Assembly (NCBI GenBank): GCA_963826115.1
Contig: CAWGVS010000003.1
Location: 64,001 to 128,000, forward strand
Length of the DNA stretch: 64,000 bases
Direction of reading: 5' to 3'
Source of the DNA: an uncultured Candidatus Rokubacteria bacterium
GTDB taxonomy: Bacteria > Methylomirabilota > Methylomirabilia > Rokubacteriales > DASRDR01
In this document: one piece after another, positions 18,300 to 27,342 of the stretch
How positions within the stretch are numbered: position 1 is the first letter of the stretch
Layout: every line of letters begins with the position of its first letter
Position numbers and translations under genes: made by a program
The notes under the pieces: model-generated
What the model was told of the DNA's origin: nothing
Database searches by the model: none
Seen by the model: the letters and a program-made list of their open reading frames with translations, nothing else

Positions 18300-19270
18300 A
18301 TGCGCACGATCGTCGAGGCGGGGGCGCGGCTCCACCTGGGGTTCCTGGACCTCCACGGCGGGTGCGGGCGGCGCTACGGGTCGATCGGCGTCACCCTCGA
18401 GCGCCCGCGCTGCACCGTGGCCGCCGGTCGCGCGCGCCCGGGCGATGCGCCGACGGCGAGCCCCGCGCTCGAGATCCTCGAAGGTCTCGCGCCCGGGCTC
18501 GACCCGAGGGCGATCACGGTCGAGCTCCTCGAGGCGATCCCCGCGCACGCGGGATTCGGCGCGGGCACCCAGCTCGCCCTCGCCGTCGCGCTGGCCGGCG
18601 CGCGCGCCGCCGGCCGCTCGATCGGCATCCGGGAGCTGGCCGCCCGGCTCGGTCGGGGGCAGCGCTCGGGCATCGGCGTCGCAGCCTTCGAGCGGGGTGG
18701 GCTCGTGATCGACGCGGGCCACGCGACGGGCGAGGATGACGGCGCGACCGCGTCACGCGCGCCGGAGCCCCCGCCGGTCGTCTTCCAGCACCCCCTGCCC
18801 GATGCCTGGCAGTTCGTGCTGGCCACGCCGCGCGCCGCTCCCGGTCTCTCCGGCGCGACGGAGCAGCGCGCGTTCGGGGATCTGCCGCCGATGGACGCCG
18901 GACGCGTCGGGCGGATCTGCCGACTCACGCTGATGCAGGTCATGCCGGCGGCGCTGACCAGCGACATCCGAACGTTCGGCGCCGCGATCACCGAGATCCA
19001 GACAGACGGTCGGCGACTACTTCGCGCCGTGGCAGGGCGGTCGGTTCGCGACCGAGACCGGCTGCCGGTGACCGAGCTCGCCCTCGCGCAAGGCGCTCAC
19101 GGCGTGGGCCAGAGCTCCTGGGGTCCGACGGTGTTCGCGCTGGTCCAGGGCGAGGCCGACGCCGAGGCGATGGCCGGCGCGATCGTGGGAGACGCTTCGG
19201 CGAGCGCCTCGCGTGGGTCGGCGTCAGTCCGGCGCGGAACCGGGGCGCGTCGTGCCGAGAGGCACCGTGA
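18300..19270 (+). CDS. mptG: beta-ribofuranosylaminobenzene 5'-phosphate (RFA-P) synthase, GHMP family; frame-disrupted near the C-terminus
   Basis: ARLHLGFLDL, IPAHAGFGAGTQLALA, GRGQRSGIG...FERGGLVIDAG and GQSSWGPT. The family-like VGDYFAPWQGG and C-terminal ARNRGA lie in shifted frames, and the true stop is probably 19268-19270. Confidence 0.88.
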
Positions 19271-20262
19271 GCGCGAGCGATCGACCTGAACCGCCGCGCC
19301 ATCCGCTCGCCGACGCCCTCGCGGACGACGCCGCGCTCGTCGGCGTCCGGGTCACCGAGGTCGGTGGTGCCCGGCTGATCGACTGCGGCGTGGGCGTGGC
19401 GGGCGGGCTCGAGGCCGGGCGGCGCCTCGCGGAGATCTGTCTCGCCGGCCTCGGCACGGTGTCGCTCACCAGCGTGGACGTCGGAGGCCTCTGGCTCGCC
19501 GCGGTGGCGGTGACCACCGATCACCCGGTGACCGCGTGCCTCGCGAGCCAGTACGCCGGGTGGGCCATCGACCCCCCGGGGTACTTCGCCATGGGCTCGG
19601 GTCCCGCCCGCAGCGTGGCCCGGGTGGAGCGGGAGCTCTACCAGCGGATCGGCTATGCGGAGTCGGGAGACTCGGCCGTGCTCGTGCTGGAGGGTCGCGC
19701 CCTGCCGGACGAGGCGGTCGTGCGGTTCGTGGCCGACAAGTGTCGCGTCCGGCCGGAGGGTCTGAGCCTCCTGATCGCCCCCACCGCCAGCATCGCCGGC
19801 TGCGTCCAGGTGGCCGCGCGCTCCGTGGAGACGGGGCTCCACAAGATGCTCGAGCTCGGGTTCGACGTGCGCGCCGTGCGGAGCGGCGCCGGCGTGTGCC
19901 CGCTCGCCCCGGTGGCGAAGAACGACCTCCGCGGCATCGGCTGGACGAACGACTGCATCCTCTACGGCACGCGCGCCTACTTCGCCGTCCACGCCGACGA
20001 TGCCGAGGTCGCGGCGATGGTCGAGCGGCTCCCCGCCTCCTCGTCGGCGGACTACGGCACGCCCTTCTACGACATCTTCAAGCGGGCCGGGAACGACTTC
20101 TACAAGATCGACAAGATGCTGTTCAGCCCCGCCGAGGTCGTCGTGAACAACCTCGCCTCGGGGCGCGTCCTCCGGGCCGGACGGCTCGCCCCCGAGATCC
20201 TCCGCAGGTCGCTCGGGCTGGACGAGTCCGCGCCGGGCGCCGGTCCCGGGAGCCGGTCGTGA
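19267..20262 (+). CDS. mch: Methenyltetrahydromethanopterin cyclohydrolase
   Basis: ACLASQYAGW, MGSGPAR, APTASIAGCVQVAARSVETGLHK, TNDCILYG and DFYKIDKMLFSPA. Confidence 0.96.
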   Translation: MSASDRPEPPRHPLADALADDAALVGVRVTEVGGARLIDCGVGVAGGLEAGRRLAEICLAGLGTVSLTSVDVGGLWLAAVAVTTDHPVTACLASQYAGWAIDPPGYFAMGSGPARSVARVERELYQRIGYAESGDSAVLVLEGRALPDEAVVRFVADKCRVRPEGLSLLIAPTASIAGCVQVAARSVETGLHKMLELGFDVRAVRSGAGVCPLAPVAKNDLRGIGWTNDCILYGTRAYFAVHADDAEVAAMVERLPASSSADYGTPFYDIFKRAGNDFYKIDKMLFSPAEVVVNNLASGRVLRAGRLAPEILRRSLGLDESAPGAGPGSRS

Positions 20263-21167
20263 AGGTCGTCATCCTGGGCTCCCGGTCCGGCTGGCACGAG
20301 GCCCGTCTCGGGCACGCGCTCCGGGAACGCGGCGCGGAGCCCATGGTGGCGCCGGTCACCGCGCTCGCGACCGCCGTGGCGGCCCCGGGCGAGGGACCGC
20401 GGCTCGCCGCCGGCGGCGTGCCGCTCGACGACTGCGGCGCGGTGATCGTGCGCGCGATCCCCGCCGGCTCGCTCGAGCAGGTGATCTTCCGGGTGGACGC
20501 CCTCCACCGCATGGCCCGACTCGGCGTCGCAGTCATCAACTCCCCGCGGTGTGTGGAGCGCACGGTGGACAAGTACTTCACCTCGACGATCCTCGAGGAC
20601 GCGGGCCTCCCGACGCCCCGGACCCGCGTGTGCGAGCGGGTCGACGACGCGCTCGCCGCCTACGAGGCCCTGGGCCGGGACGTCGTGATCAAGCCCCTCT
20701 TCGGCTCGGAGGGTCGCGGGATCGTGCGGGTGTCCGATCCCGACCTCGCGTACCGCACCTGCCGGGCCCTCGAGCTCACGCGGTCGGTATTCTATCTGCA
20801 GGAGTTCGTGCCCCACGGGGAGCGCGACATCCGAGCGTTCGTCGTCGGCGGCCGTCTGGTGGCGGCCATGACTCGCCGGGGCGCGGGGTGGAAGACGAAC
20901 GTCTCGCAGGGCGCGCGCGCGGAGCGGGTCGCCCTGTCCCCGGCGCTCGAGCGCCTGAGTCTCGAGGCCGCGGGGCGGCTCGAGGCCGACTACGCGGGGG
21001 TGGACCTTCTGTGCGCGGACGACGGGCGGACCTTCGTGATCGAGGTCAACGGGATACCGGGATGGCGCGGGCTCCAGCAGACGACCGACGTCGACGTCGC
21101 CGGCGCGATCGCCGACCACGCCATCGCGGTCGCCGGGCGCGGGCTCCCCGTCCCGGCCGCGCCATGA
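20259..21167 (+). CDS. RimK-family ATP-grasp glutamate ligase (Orf5-like of H4MPT clusters)
   Basis: GSLEQVIFRVDALH, ERTVDKY, KPLFGSEGRG, FYLQEF, WKTNVSQG and EVNGIPGWRGLQ. Follows mch as in methylotroph clusters. Confidence 0.92.
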   Translation: MKVVILGSRSGWHEARLGHALRERGAEPMVAPVTALATAVAAPGEGPRLAAGGVPLDDCGAVIVRAIPAGSLEQVIFRVDALHRMARLGVAVINSPRCVERTVDKYFTSTILEDAGLPTPRTRVCERVDDALAAYEALGRDVVIKPLFGSEGRGIVRVSDPDLAYRTCRALELTRSVFYLQEFVPHGERDIRAFVVGGRLVAAMTRRGAGWKTNVSQGARAERVALSPALERLSLEAAGRLEADYAGVDLLCADDGRTFVIEVNGIPGWRGLQQTTDVDVAGAIADHAIAVAGRGLPVPAAP

Positions 21168-22048
21168 GCGCGGCGGCGGTCCTCGCGGACCGGCCCTCGC
21201 CGGCGCGCATCGCGGCGGCCGCGACCCTGGCCTGCACGCTCGAGGCCTGCGCGGAGAAGGTGGGCAACGTCACGCCCACCCGCGCCTTCGCCGACGCGCG
21301 CTTCGACGACTTCGCGCTGAGCGCGCAGGCGCTCGGGTCCGCGGTCGCCGGCGCCGCGCCGGGCCGGGTGGGCCGCGCGATCTACGACGCGGTCGCCGCG
21401 ACCGGCCGCGTCGCGCCGTCCAACACCAACCTCGGCATGGCCCTCCTGTTCGCGCCGCTCGCGGCCGCCGCCCGCGGGCGCTCGAGGACGGCGCTCCGGC
21501 GTCGCCTGGTGCCGGTGCTGCGAGGGCTGAGCGTCGACGACGCGCGCTGGGCCTACCGGGCGATCCGCCTCGCGCGCCCGGGCGGGCTCGGGGAGAGCCC
21601 GGACGCGCCGGTCGCCCGCCCGCCCCGCATCACACTCGGCGAGGCCATGCGGCTGGCCGCGCGGCGGGACACCGTGGCGGCGGAGTACGGTCGGGGCTTC
21701 GCGGTGACGTTCGACCTCGCCCTCGCGCGGCTCCGCCGGGCGCTCCGCCGCGGCCTCCCGCTGCTCGACGCGATCGCGCAGGCCCACCTCGAGCTGATGG
21801 CCCGCGTGCCGGACACCCTGATCGCGCGCAAGGCCGGCGCCGCCGCCGCCGCGCGAGTGGCCGCGCGCGCCGACGCGGTGGTGCGGGCCGGGGGGATCGC
21901 GACGCGGCGCGGGCTCGCCGCCGCGCGGCGGCTCGACCGAGACCTCCGGCGGCACGGGAACCGCCTGAACCCCGGCACGTCGGCGGACCTCGTCGCTGCC
22001 GCCCTGTTCGTGTGGCTCCTGGAAGCGCCGGGACGAGGGCGCGCATGA
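21164..22048 (+). CDS. CitG-like triphosphoribosyl-dephospho-CoA synthase family protein (Orf7-like)
   Basis: EACAEKVGNV, NTNLGMALLFAPL, PDTLIARKAG and LNPGTSADLVAAALF. Confidence 0.9.
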   Translation: MSAAAVLADRPSPARIAAAATLACTLEACAEKVGNVTPTRAFADARFDDFALSAQALGSAVAGAAPGRVGRAIYDAVAATGRVAPSNTNLGMALLFAPLAAAARGRSRTALRRRLVPVLRGLSVDDARWAYRAIRLARPGGLGESPDAPVARPPRITLGEAMRLAARRDTVAAEYGRGFAVTFDLALARLRRALRRGLPLLDAIAQAHLELMARVPDTLIARKAGAAAAARVAARADAVVRAGGIATRRGLAAARRLDRDLRRHGNRLNPGTSADLVAAALFVWLLEAPGRGRA

Positions 22049-22569
22049 GCCGGCCGCCGAGCCCCTTCCGCGTCCGCATCGAGAAGGACTACACCGTCTT
22101 CTGCGCCGGCCACTTCATCACGTACGACGGGCACGAGTGCGAGCCGCTCCACGGCCACAACTACCGGGCGGCGGCCGCGCTGGAGGGCCCGCTGGACGAG
22201 AACGCCTACGTCTTCGACTTCAGCAAGCTCAAGCGCGCGCTCCGCGCCATCGTCGACCGCCTCGACCACCGGATGCTCCTGCCGACCAAGAGCGCGCTCA
22301 TCCGGGTTACGCAGTCGGGCGCCGAGGTGGAGGCGGCCTACCGGGAGAAGCGGTACGTCTTCCCGGCGAGCGACGTGGTGCTCCTCCCGATCCCCAACAC
22401 CACCGCCGAGATGCTGGCCTGGTGGATCGCGCAGGAGCTTCGCCGAAGTCTGGGCGCGCTCTCGCCCGGGATGACGGCCCTCGAGGTCGAGGTCGACGAG
22501 TCGTCCGGCCAGCGGGCCTTCTACCGGGAGCCGCTCGATTCCCCGGGCGGCGGAGCCGGGCCGGCGTGA
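22045..22569 (+). CDS. 6-pyruvoyltetrahydropterin synthase family protein with dual PTPS-I/III motif
   Basis: FCAGHF...CEPLHGHNY...DF...LDHRMLLP...NTTAEMLA...EVDES. Confidence 0.9.
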   Translation: MSRPPSPFRVRIEKDYTVFCAGHFITYDGHECEPLHGHNYRAAAALEGPLDENAYVFDFSKLKRALRAIVDRLDHRMLLPTKSALIRVTQSGAEVEAAYREKRYVFPASDVVLLPIPNTTAEMLAWWIAQELRRSLGALSPGMTALEVEVDESSGQRAFYREPLDSPGGGAGPA

Positions 22570-24026
22570 CGGCGCCGTCGGTCGTCTACCTCGGCCTCGG
22601 CTCGAACCTGGGCGACCGCCAGGCGAACCTCGCGGAGGCGATCCAGGCCCTCCGCACCCACGTCCGGATCGAGCGCGTGTCCCCCGTGTACGAGACCGAG
22701 CCGGTGCACGTGACCGACCAGCCGCGGTTCCTGAACCTCGCCGTGAAGGGCGTCACCGCCCTCGAGCCGGCGGAGCTCCTCGCCGCGGTCAAGCGCATCG
22801 AGGCGCGGATGGGCCGGCAGCCGGGCGAGCGGTACGGCCCGCGGCCGATCGACGTCGACATCCTCTTCTACGGCGACCGCGTGATCCGCACCGACGCGCT
22901 CGAGGTGCCGCACCCGCGGGCCGCCGAGCGCGGCTTCGTCCTGGTGCCGCTCCACGACATCGCCCCCGACCTCCGGCATCCGGAGCGCGGGCGCAGCGTC
23001 GCCGAGCTCCTCCGGGATCTCGGGGAGACGCGCGGTATCGTCCGCGTGGCGCGCGGCCTCACGGCGCGGCTCGAGCGCGATGTCCAGGAGGAGTCGCCGC
23101 TCGCGCGGATCCGGCTCGACCAGACGGGCGTCACGGGACTCCACCGCATCATCCGCCTCTCCGACGGCCGGGGCCTCTTCTACGCGACGCTCGACCTCTT
23201 CGTCGAGCTGCCGGCCGACCAGAAGGGCGCCCACATGTCGCGCTTCAGCGACACGGTGGAGGAGGTGCTCGAGGACCTGGGCGCCTTCGAGGCCCCGATG
23301 ATCGAGACGCTCGCCGAGCGCATCGCGCGCGCCCTGACCGTCGGCCATCGCGCCGAGCGCGCGGACGTGGAGATCCGCGCCCAGTTTCCGCTCGAGCGCC
23401 GCGCGCCGATCTCCGGCAAGCCCTCGCAGGAGCTCTACACGCTGATCGGCCTCGCCGCCGCCAGCCCGCGCCGCACGGTCCAGCTCATCGGCGTGGAGGC
23501 GGAGGGGATGATGGCGTGCCCGTGCGCCCAGGAGATGGTCCGCGCGCAGGCCGAGGCGCGCCTCCGGGAGCACGGGCTCGCGCCGGACCTCACCGCGGAG
23601 GTCTTGTCGCTGGTCCCGATCGCCACGCACAACCAGCGGGGGCGCGGGCGCCTGCTGGTCGGCGCGGACCGCGCGCTCCGCGCCGAGGACCTGGTCGAGA
23701 TCGTCGAGGGCGCGATGAGCTCCGAGAACTACGACCTCCTGAAGCGCCCGGACGAGCTGTTCGTGGTGGAGAAGGCGCACCGCCACCCCCGTTTCGTCGA
23801 GGACGCGGTGCGGGAGATGCTGCGGACCTTCGTGAGCACCTACCCCGAGCTGGCGGACGACGCCTACGTCCACGCCCGGCAGGTGAACATGGAGACGATC
23901 CACAAGCACGACGTCTTCGCCCAGCGCGGCGGGCAGCTGGGCGAGATCCGGGGCGAGCTCCTCGACGGGAAGCCCCGCGGGAGCACCGCGCTCTCCGCCT
24001 GGCTCGCCGCCCGGCTCGCGGGCTAG
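22566..24026 (+). CDS. folK: Fusion: FolK (HPPK) + GTP cyclohydrolase IB (FolE2/MptA-like)
   Basis: N-terminal VYLGLGSNLGDR, YETEP, FLNLAV, GPRPIDVDILFY and PHPRAAERGFVLVPL. C-terminal KGAHMSRF, GMMACPCAQ, ATHNQRG, LKRPDE, PRFVEDAVR and ETIHKHD. One uninterrupted frame. Confidence 0.92.
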   Translation: MTAPSVVYLGLGSNLGDRQANLAEAIQALRTHVRIERVSPVYETEPVHVTDQPRFLNLAVKGVTALEPAELLAAVKRIEARMGRQPGERYGPRPIDVDILFYGDRVIRTDALEVPHPRAAERGFVLVPLHDIAPDLRHPERGRSVAELLRDLGETRGIVRVARGLTARLERDVQEESPLARIRLDQTGVTGLHRIIRLSDGRGLFYATLDLFVELPADQKGAHMSRFSDTVEEVLEDLGAFEAPMIETLAERIARALTVGHRAERADVEIRAQFPLERRAPISGKPSQELYTLIGLAAASPRRTVQLIGVEAEGMMACPCAQEMVRAQAEARLREHGLAPDLTAEVLSLVPIATHNQRGRGRLLVGADRALRAEDLVEIVEGAMSSENYDLLKRPDELFVVEKAHRHPRFVEDAVREMLRTFVSTYPELADDAYVHARQVNMETIHKHDVFAQRGGQLGEIRGELLDGKPRGSTALSAWLAARLAG

Positions 24027-24763
24027 CCGGGCGCGATCAGGTCGGCGGCGCCCAGGACGCCGGTATGGAGCGCGGTCCCGACCAGCGCGGCCTGGTAGCC
24101 CGCGGCCGCGAGCGCGCGAAGGTCGTCCCGGCCCCGCACCCCGCCGCCGAGCACGATCTCGGCCTCCGGCAGCCGCGCCCGGAGCCGCCGCGCGGGCTCC
24201 GTCTCGGGACCGGCGCGCGCTCCCACGCGCGCGAGGTCGAGGACGATGAACGTCCGGAGGCCCGCCGCCCAGGCCTCGGCGGCCAGCTCCGTGGCCTCGG
24301 CCCCGGCGACGGCCGGCGATCCGCCGAGGAGCCGCCCCTCGCGATGGTCGAGGCTCAGGATGCAGTCCGCGCCGCGGCTCGTCTCCCGCACGGCCGTGGC
24401 GATCGCGCGGAGGTCGCGCACGTCGCGCAGCGTCTCCGTGCCGACGATCACCCGCGCGGCGCCGTGCGAGACGGCGCGCCGGGCGCCGTCGGCCGTGGAC
24501 ACGCCGGCGTCGAGCCACACCGACAGCCCGAGCTCGGCGATCGCCCGGACGACCGGGCCGTGGTCGCCCGTGCCCGCGATGGCGTCGAGGTCGGCGACGT
24601 AGCAGGCGTCCGAGCCCAGGCGCTCGCGGAAGCCGCGCGCGAGGGCGACCGGGTCCGCGGAGTCCGAGAGCACGCTCCGTACCGGCGCGTAGGCGTGACG
24701 CTCGCCGCGCACCGCATGGACGGCCACGCCGCCCTTCAGGTCCATCACGGGCACGATGCGCAT
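24023..24763 (-). CDS. HisA/HisF-related TIM-barrel protein (Orf17-like)
   Basis: MRIVPVMDLKGGVAVHAVRGERHAYAP, YVADLDAI, IVGTETL, VLDLARVG and LGGGVRG. Confidence 0.9.
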   Translation of the reverse strand: MRIVPVMDLKGGVAVHAVRGERHAYAPVRSVLSDSADPVALARGFRERLGSDACYVADLDAIAGTGDHGPVVRAIAELGLSVWLDAGVSTADGARRAVSHGAARVIVGTETLRDVRDLRAIATAVRETSRGADCILSLDHREGRLLGGSPAVAGAEATELAAEAWAAGLRTFIVLDLARVGARAGPETEPARRLRARLPEAEIVLGGGVRGRDDLRALAAAGYQAALVGTALHTGVLGAADLIAPG

Positions 24764-24843
24764 CGCGGAGCGGAGGATAGCACGCGTGCAACGCATCTTG
24801 GCGACGACGCCGGTCTGACCGGACGGCCTTCGGCCTGTGGGCG

Positions 24844-25866
24844 ATGACCCGCGCAAGCCGGGTCCTCGGCTGGGACGTGGGCGGCGCCTACGTCAAGGCG
24901 GCGGTCGTGGAGCAGGACGGAGCCGGACGCCGTGTCCGCACGGCGAGCCGGCCCTTCGAGATCTGGCGCGACAAGAACGCCTTGCCCGACGTCCTCCGCG
25001 CGCTCGCCGCCGAGCTGCCCGCACCGGAGTCCGTGGCGGTGACGATGACCGCGGAGCTCTCGGACGTGTTCCGGACGAAGCGCGAGGGCGTCCACTTCGT
25101 CCTCGACGCCGTCGAGGCCGTGTCGCGGGCGCCGGTGCGCGTCTTCACGACGGCGGGCGAGTTCGTGGACCCCGCCGTCGCGCGGGCGCGGCCCCTCGAC
25201 GCGGCGGCCTCCAACTGGGTCGCCACCGCCCTGCTGGTCGGGCGGTTCGTCCCCGAGACGCTCCTCGTGGACATCGGCTCGACGACGACCGACGTGATCC
25301 CGGTGACGAAGGGGCAGGTCGCGGCCCTCGGCCGGACCGACCCCGAGCGGCTCTCGAGCGGGGAGCTCGTCTACACCGGTGCCCTCCGCACGAACGTGGC
25401 GGCCATCGTCCGTCGGGTCCCCTTGCGGGGCGCCCAGTGCCCGGTGGCCTCCGAGCTGTTCTCGGTGAGCGGCGACGTCCACGTGCTCCTCGGATCTCTC
25501 GCGCCGGATGAGTACACGTGCCCGACTCCCGACGGCCGGCCGCCCACGCCGGAGTTCGCGGCGGAGCGCCTCGCGCGGGTCGTGTGCGCGGACGGCGACA
25601 TGCTCGACCCCGAGGAGATCCGGGCCATCGCGCGGGCGGTCGACGAGGCGCAGGTCGAGGAGATCGCGGGGGCCATCGCCCGGGTGGCGGGCCGGCGGGC
25701 CGAGGGAACGCCCGTGATCGTCACCGGGCTCGGCGCCTTCCTCGCGCGCCGCGCCGCGGAACGGCTCGGGCTGCCGGTCCGGGATCTCGCGGACGTCCTC
25801 GCCGTCGACGTCGGCACCGTCGCGCCCGCGGTCGCCGTCGCCTGGCTCCTCCTCGACGCCGACTGA
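24844..25866 (+). CDS. Hydantoinase/oxoprolinase-fold H4MPT-linked protein (Orf9/MfnF-like)
   Basis: LGWDVGGAYVK, AVTMTAELSDVF, AASNWVATA, DIGSTTTDVIP, DPERL and GELVYTG. Confidence 0.9.
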   Translation: MTRASRVLGWDVGGAYVKAAVVEQDGAGRRVRTASRPFEIWRDKNALPDVLRALAAELPAPESVAVTMTAELSDVFRTKREGVHFVLDAVEAVSRAPVRVFTTAGEFVDPAVARARPLDAAASNWVATALLVGRFVPETLLVDIGSTTTDVIPVTKGQVAALGRTDPERLSSGELVYTGALRTNVAAIVRRVPLRGAQCPVASELFSVSGDVHVLLGSLAPDEYTCPTPDGRPPTPEFAAERLARVVCADGDMLDPEEIRAIARAVDEAQVEEIAGAIARVAGRRAEGTPVIVTGLGAFLARRAAERLGLPVRDLADVLAVDVGTVAPAVAVAWLLLDAD

Positions 25867-25869
25867 CGC

Positions 25870-26523
25870 ATGCGCCGGGCTCGCGCGACGCCCGACTGGG
25901 TGATCAAGGTCGGCGGGAGTCTGGGCGCGCGACCCGCCCCGCTCCGTCGCCTGATGGCCACCCTGGCGCGCGCCGGGCGGCACCGCTGGCTCGTCGTCGT
26001 CCCCGGCGGCGGTAGCTTCGCCGACGAGGTGCGCCGGGCCGACCGCCGCTACGACCTCGGCGACTCGGCCGCCCACTGGATGGCCATCCTGGCGATGGAC
26101 CAGTACGGCCATCTTCTCGCGCGGCTCGCGCCCGGGGCACGCGTCGCGGCGAGCCGGCGCGAGCTCGCCCCGGGCCGGCTCAACGTGCTGCTCCCGTCAG
26201 CCTGGCTCCGGCGCGCCGACCCCCTGCCCCATTCCTGGGACGTCACGTCGGACTCGATCGCCGCGTGGGTGGCCCGCGAGCTCGGCGTCCGGCGCCTCAT
26301 GCTGGTGAAGCACCGTGACGGTTTCGTCGCGCCCGCCCGCGGGCCGCGGAGGGTGCCGCCGCGCGAGCGGCGATCCTCCCTCGCCGCGCTCGCGGGCGCG
26401 GTCGACCCCTATTTCGCGCGCGCCGTCGATCCGGCCACTGGCTGCTGGCTCGTCCAGGGACACCGGCCCGGCGCGATCGCGCGTCTCATCGACGCGGACG
26501 GGCCGCGCGGATCGCGCGCCTAG
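25870..26523 (+). CDS. Amino-acid-kinase-family protein (Orf21/MfnE-like)
   Basis: VIKVGGSL, VVPGGGSFADEVR, AHWMAILAMDQ and LPHSWDVTSDSIAAW. Confidence 0.9.
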   Translation: MRRARATPDWVIKVGGSLGARPAPLRRLMATLARAGRHRWLVVVPGGGSFADEVRRADRRYDLGDSAAHWMAILAMDQYGHLLARLAPGARVAASRRELAPGRLNVLLPSAWLRRADPLPHSWDVTSDSIAAWVARELGVRRLMLVKHRDGFVAPARGPRRVPPRERRSSLAALAGAVDPYFARAVDPATGCWLVQGHRPGAIARLIDADGPRGSRA

Positions 26524-26555
26524 GAGCGCCCTCTCACCGCTCGGCGGTCGGGCGG

Positions 26556-27275
26556 TCAGGCCGACTGCCCGACGGTCGGCCGGGGGCCGCGTGCGCGGAC
26601 GAGGGCGCGCACCCGCTCGGCGTCGACCCGGCCCCCGACACGGTCGCCGATGCAGGCGGCGCCGCGCACGCCCACGAGGTCGGGGCCGATCGGCGCGAGC
26701 CGCGCGAGGTCCTCGACCCGAAGGGAGCCGGCGAGCGCCGAGAAGAGGCCGCGCGCGCGGCAGTCCTCGACGAAGGCCGCGAGCTCGTCCTCGCCGAGCC
26801 AGTGGAAGAGCCCGCGGCCGTCCTTCACGGCGGTGTCGACCAGGCAGCCGTGGGCGCCCGCGGCGGCGGCGAGGGCCGGCAGGTCGCGGGGCCGGGGCGC
26901 TCCCGCGCGCGCGAAGTCGGCGAAGCCCGCCACCACGAGGTAGGCCTCGGGAGGCAGGCTCGCGCGCGCCGCGCGAAGAGCGGCCGCGGCCGCCGCCGGC
27001 GACGTCTCGCGGAGCCCGAGCTTCACGTAGATCGCGCCGCTCCGCGCCGCCGCCCCGGCCAGGGCCGCCGCCACCGCCGGCGTGAACGGCCCATCGCCGA
27101 GCGCGGCGCTCACCGGCAGGCTCGCGGGCGTGGCGTCCCGCACCGCGCGGACCGTGGCCGGCGCGGCCTCGCCGAGGGCTCCGAGCGCGGGATCCTTGAC
27201 GTCGATGATGTCGGCGCCGGCGTCCGCCGCGATCCGGGCTTCCGCGGCGTCCACGACGCTCACCAGGAGGCGCAT
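26556..27275 (-). CDS. mfnB: (5-formylfuran-3-yl)methyl phosphate synthase (DUF556, Orf22)
   Basis: MRLLVSV...EA...GADIIDVKDPALGALG, PVSAALGD, YVKLGL, LVDTAVKDG, LAGSL and PDLVGVRGAAC. Confidence 0.93.
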   Translation of the reverse strand: MRLLVSVVDAAEARIAADAGADIIDVKDPALGALGEAAPATVRAVRDATPASLPVSAALGDGPFTPAVAAALAGAAARSGAIYVKLGLRETSPAAAAAALRAARASLPPEAYLVVAGFADFARAGAPRPRDLPALAAAAGAHGCLVDTAVKDGRGLFHWLGEDELAAFVEDCRARGLFSALAGSLRVEDLARLAPIGPDLVGVRGAACIGDRVGGRVDAERVRALVRARGPRPTVGQSA

Positions 27276-27283
27276 CGGCCGGC

Positions 27284-27291
27284 ATTATAGT
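27284..27291. promoter_or_regulatory. Overlapping divergent -10 elements (mfnB / SDR)
   Basis: Minus-strand TATAAT (27284-27289) lies 8 nt before the mfnB ATG. Plus-strand TATAGT is at 27286-27291. Confidence 0.6.
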
Positions 27292-27342
27292 AGTCGGGTA
27301 TCGGCGCGGCAACGGACCCACCCCCAGGAGGGCGCGAAACCG

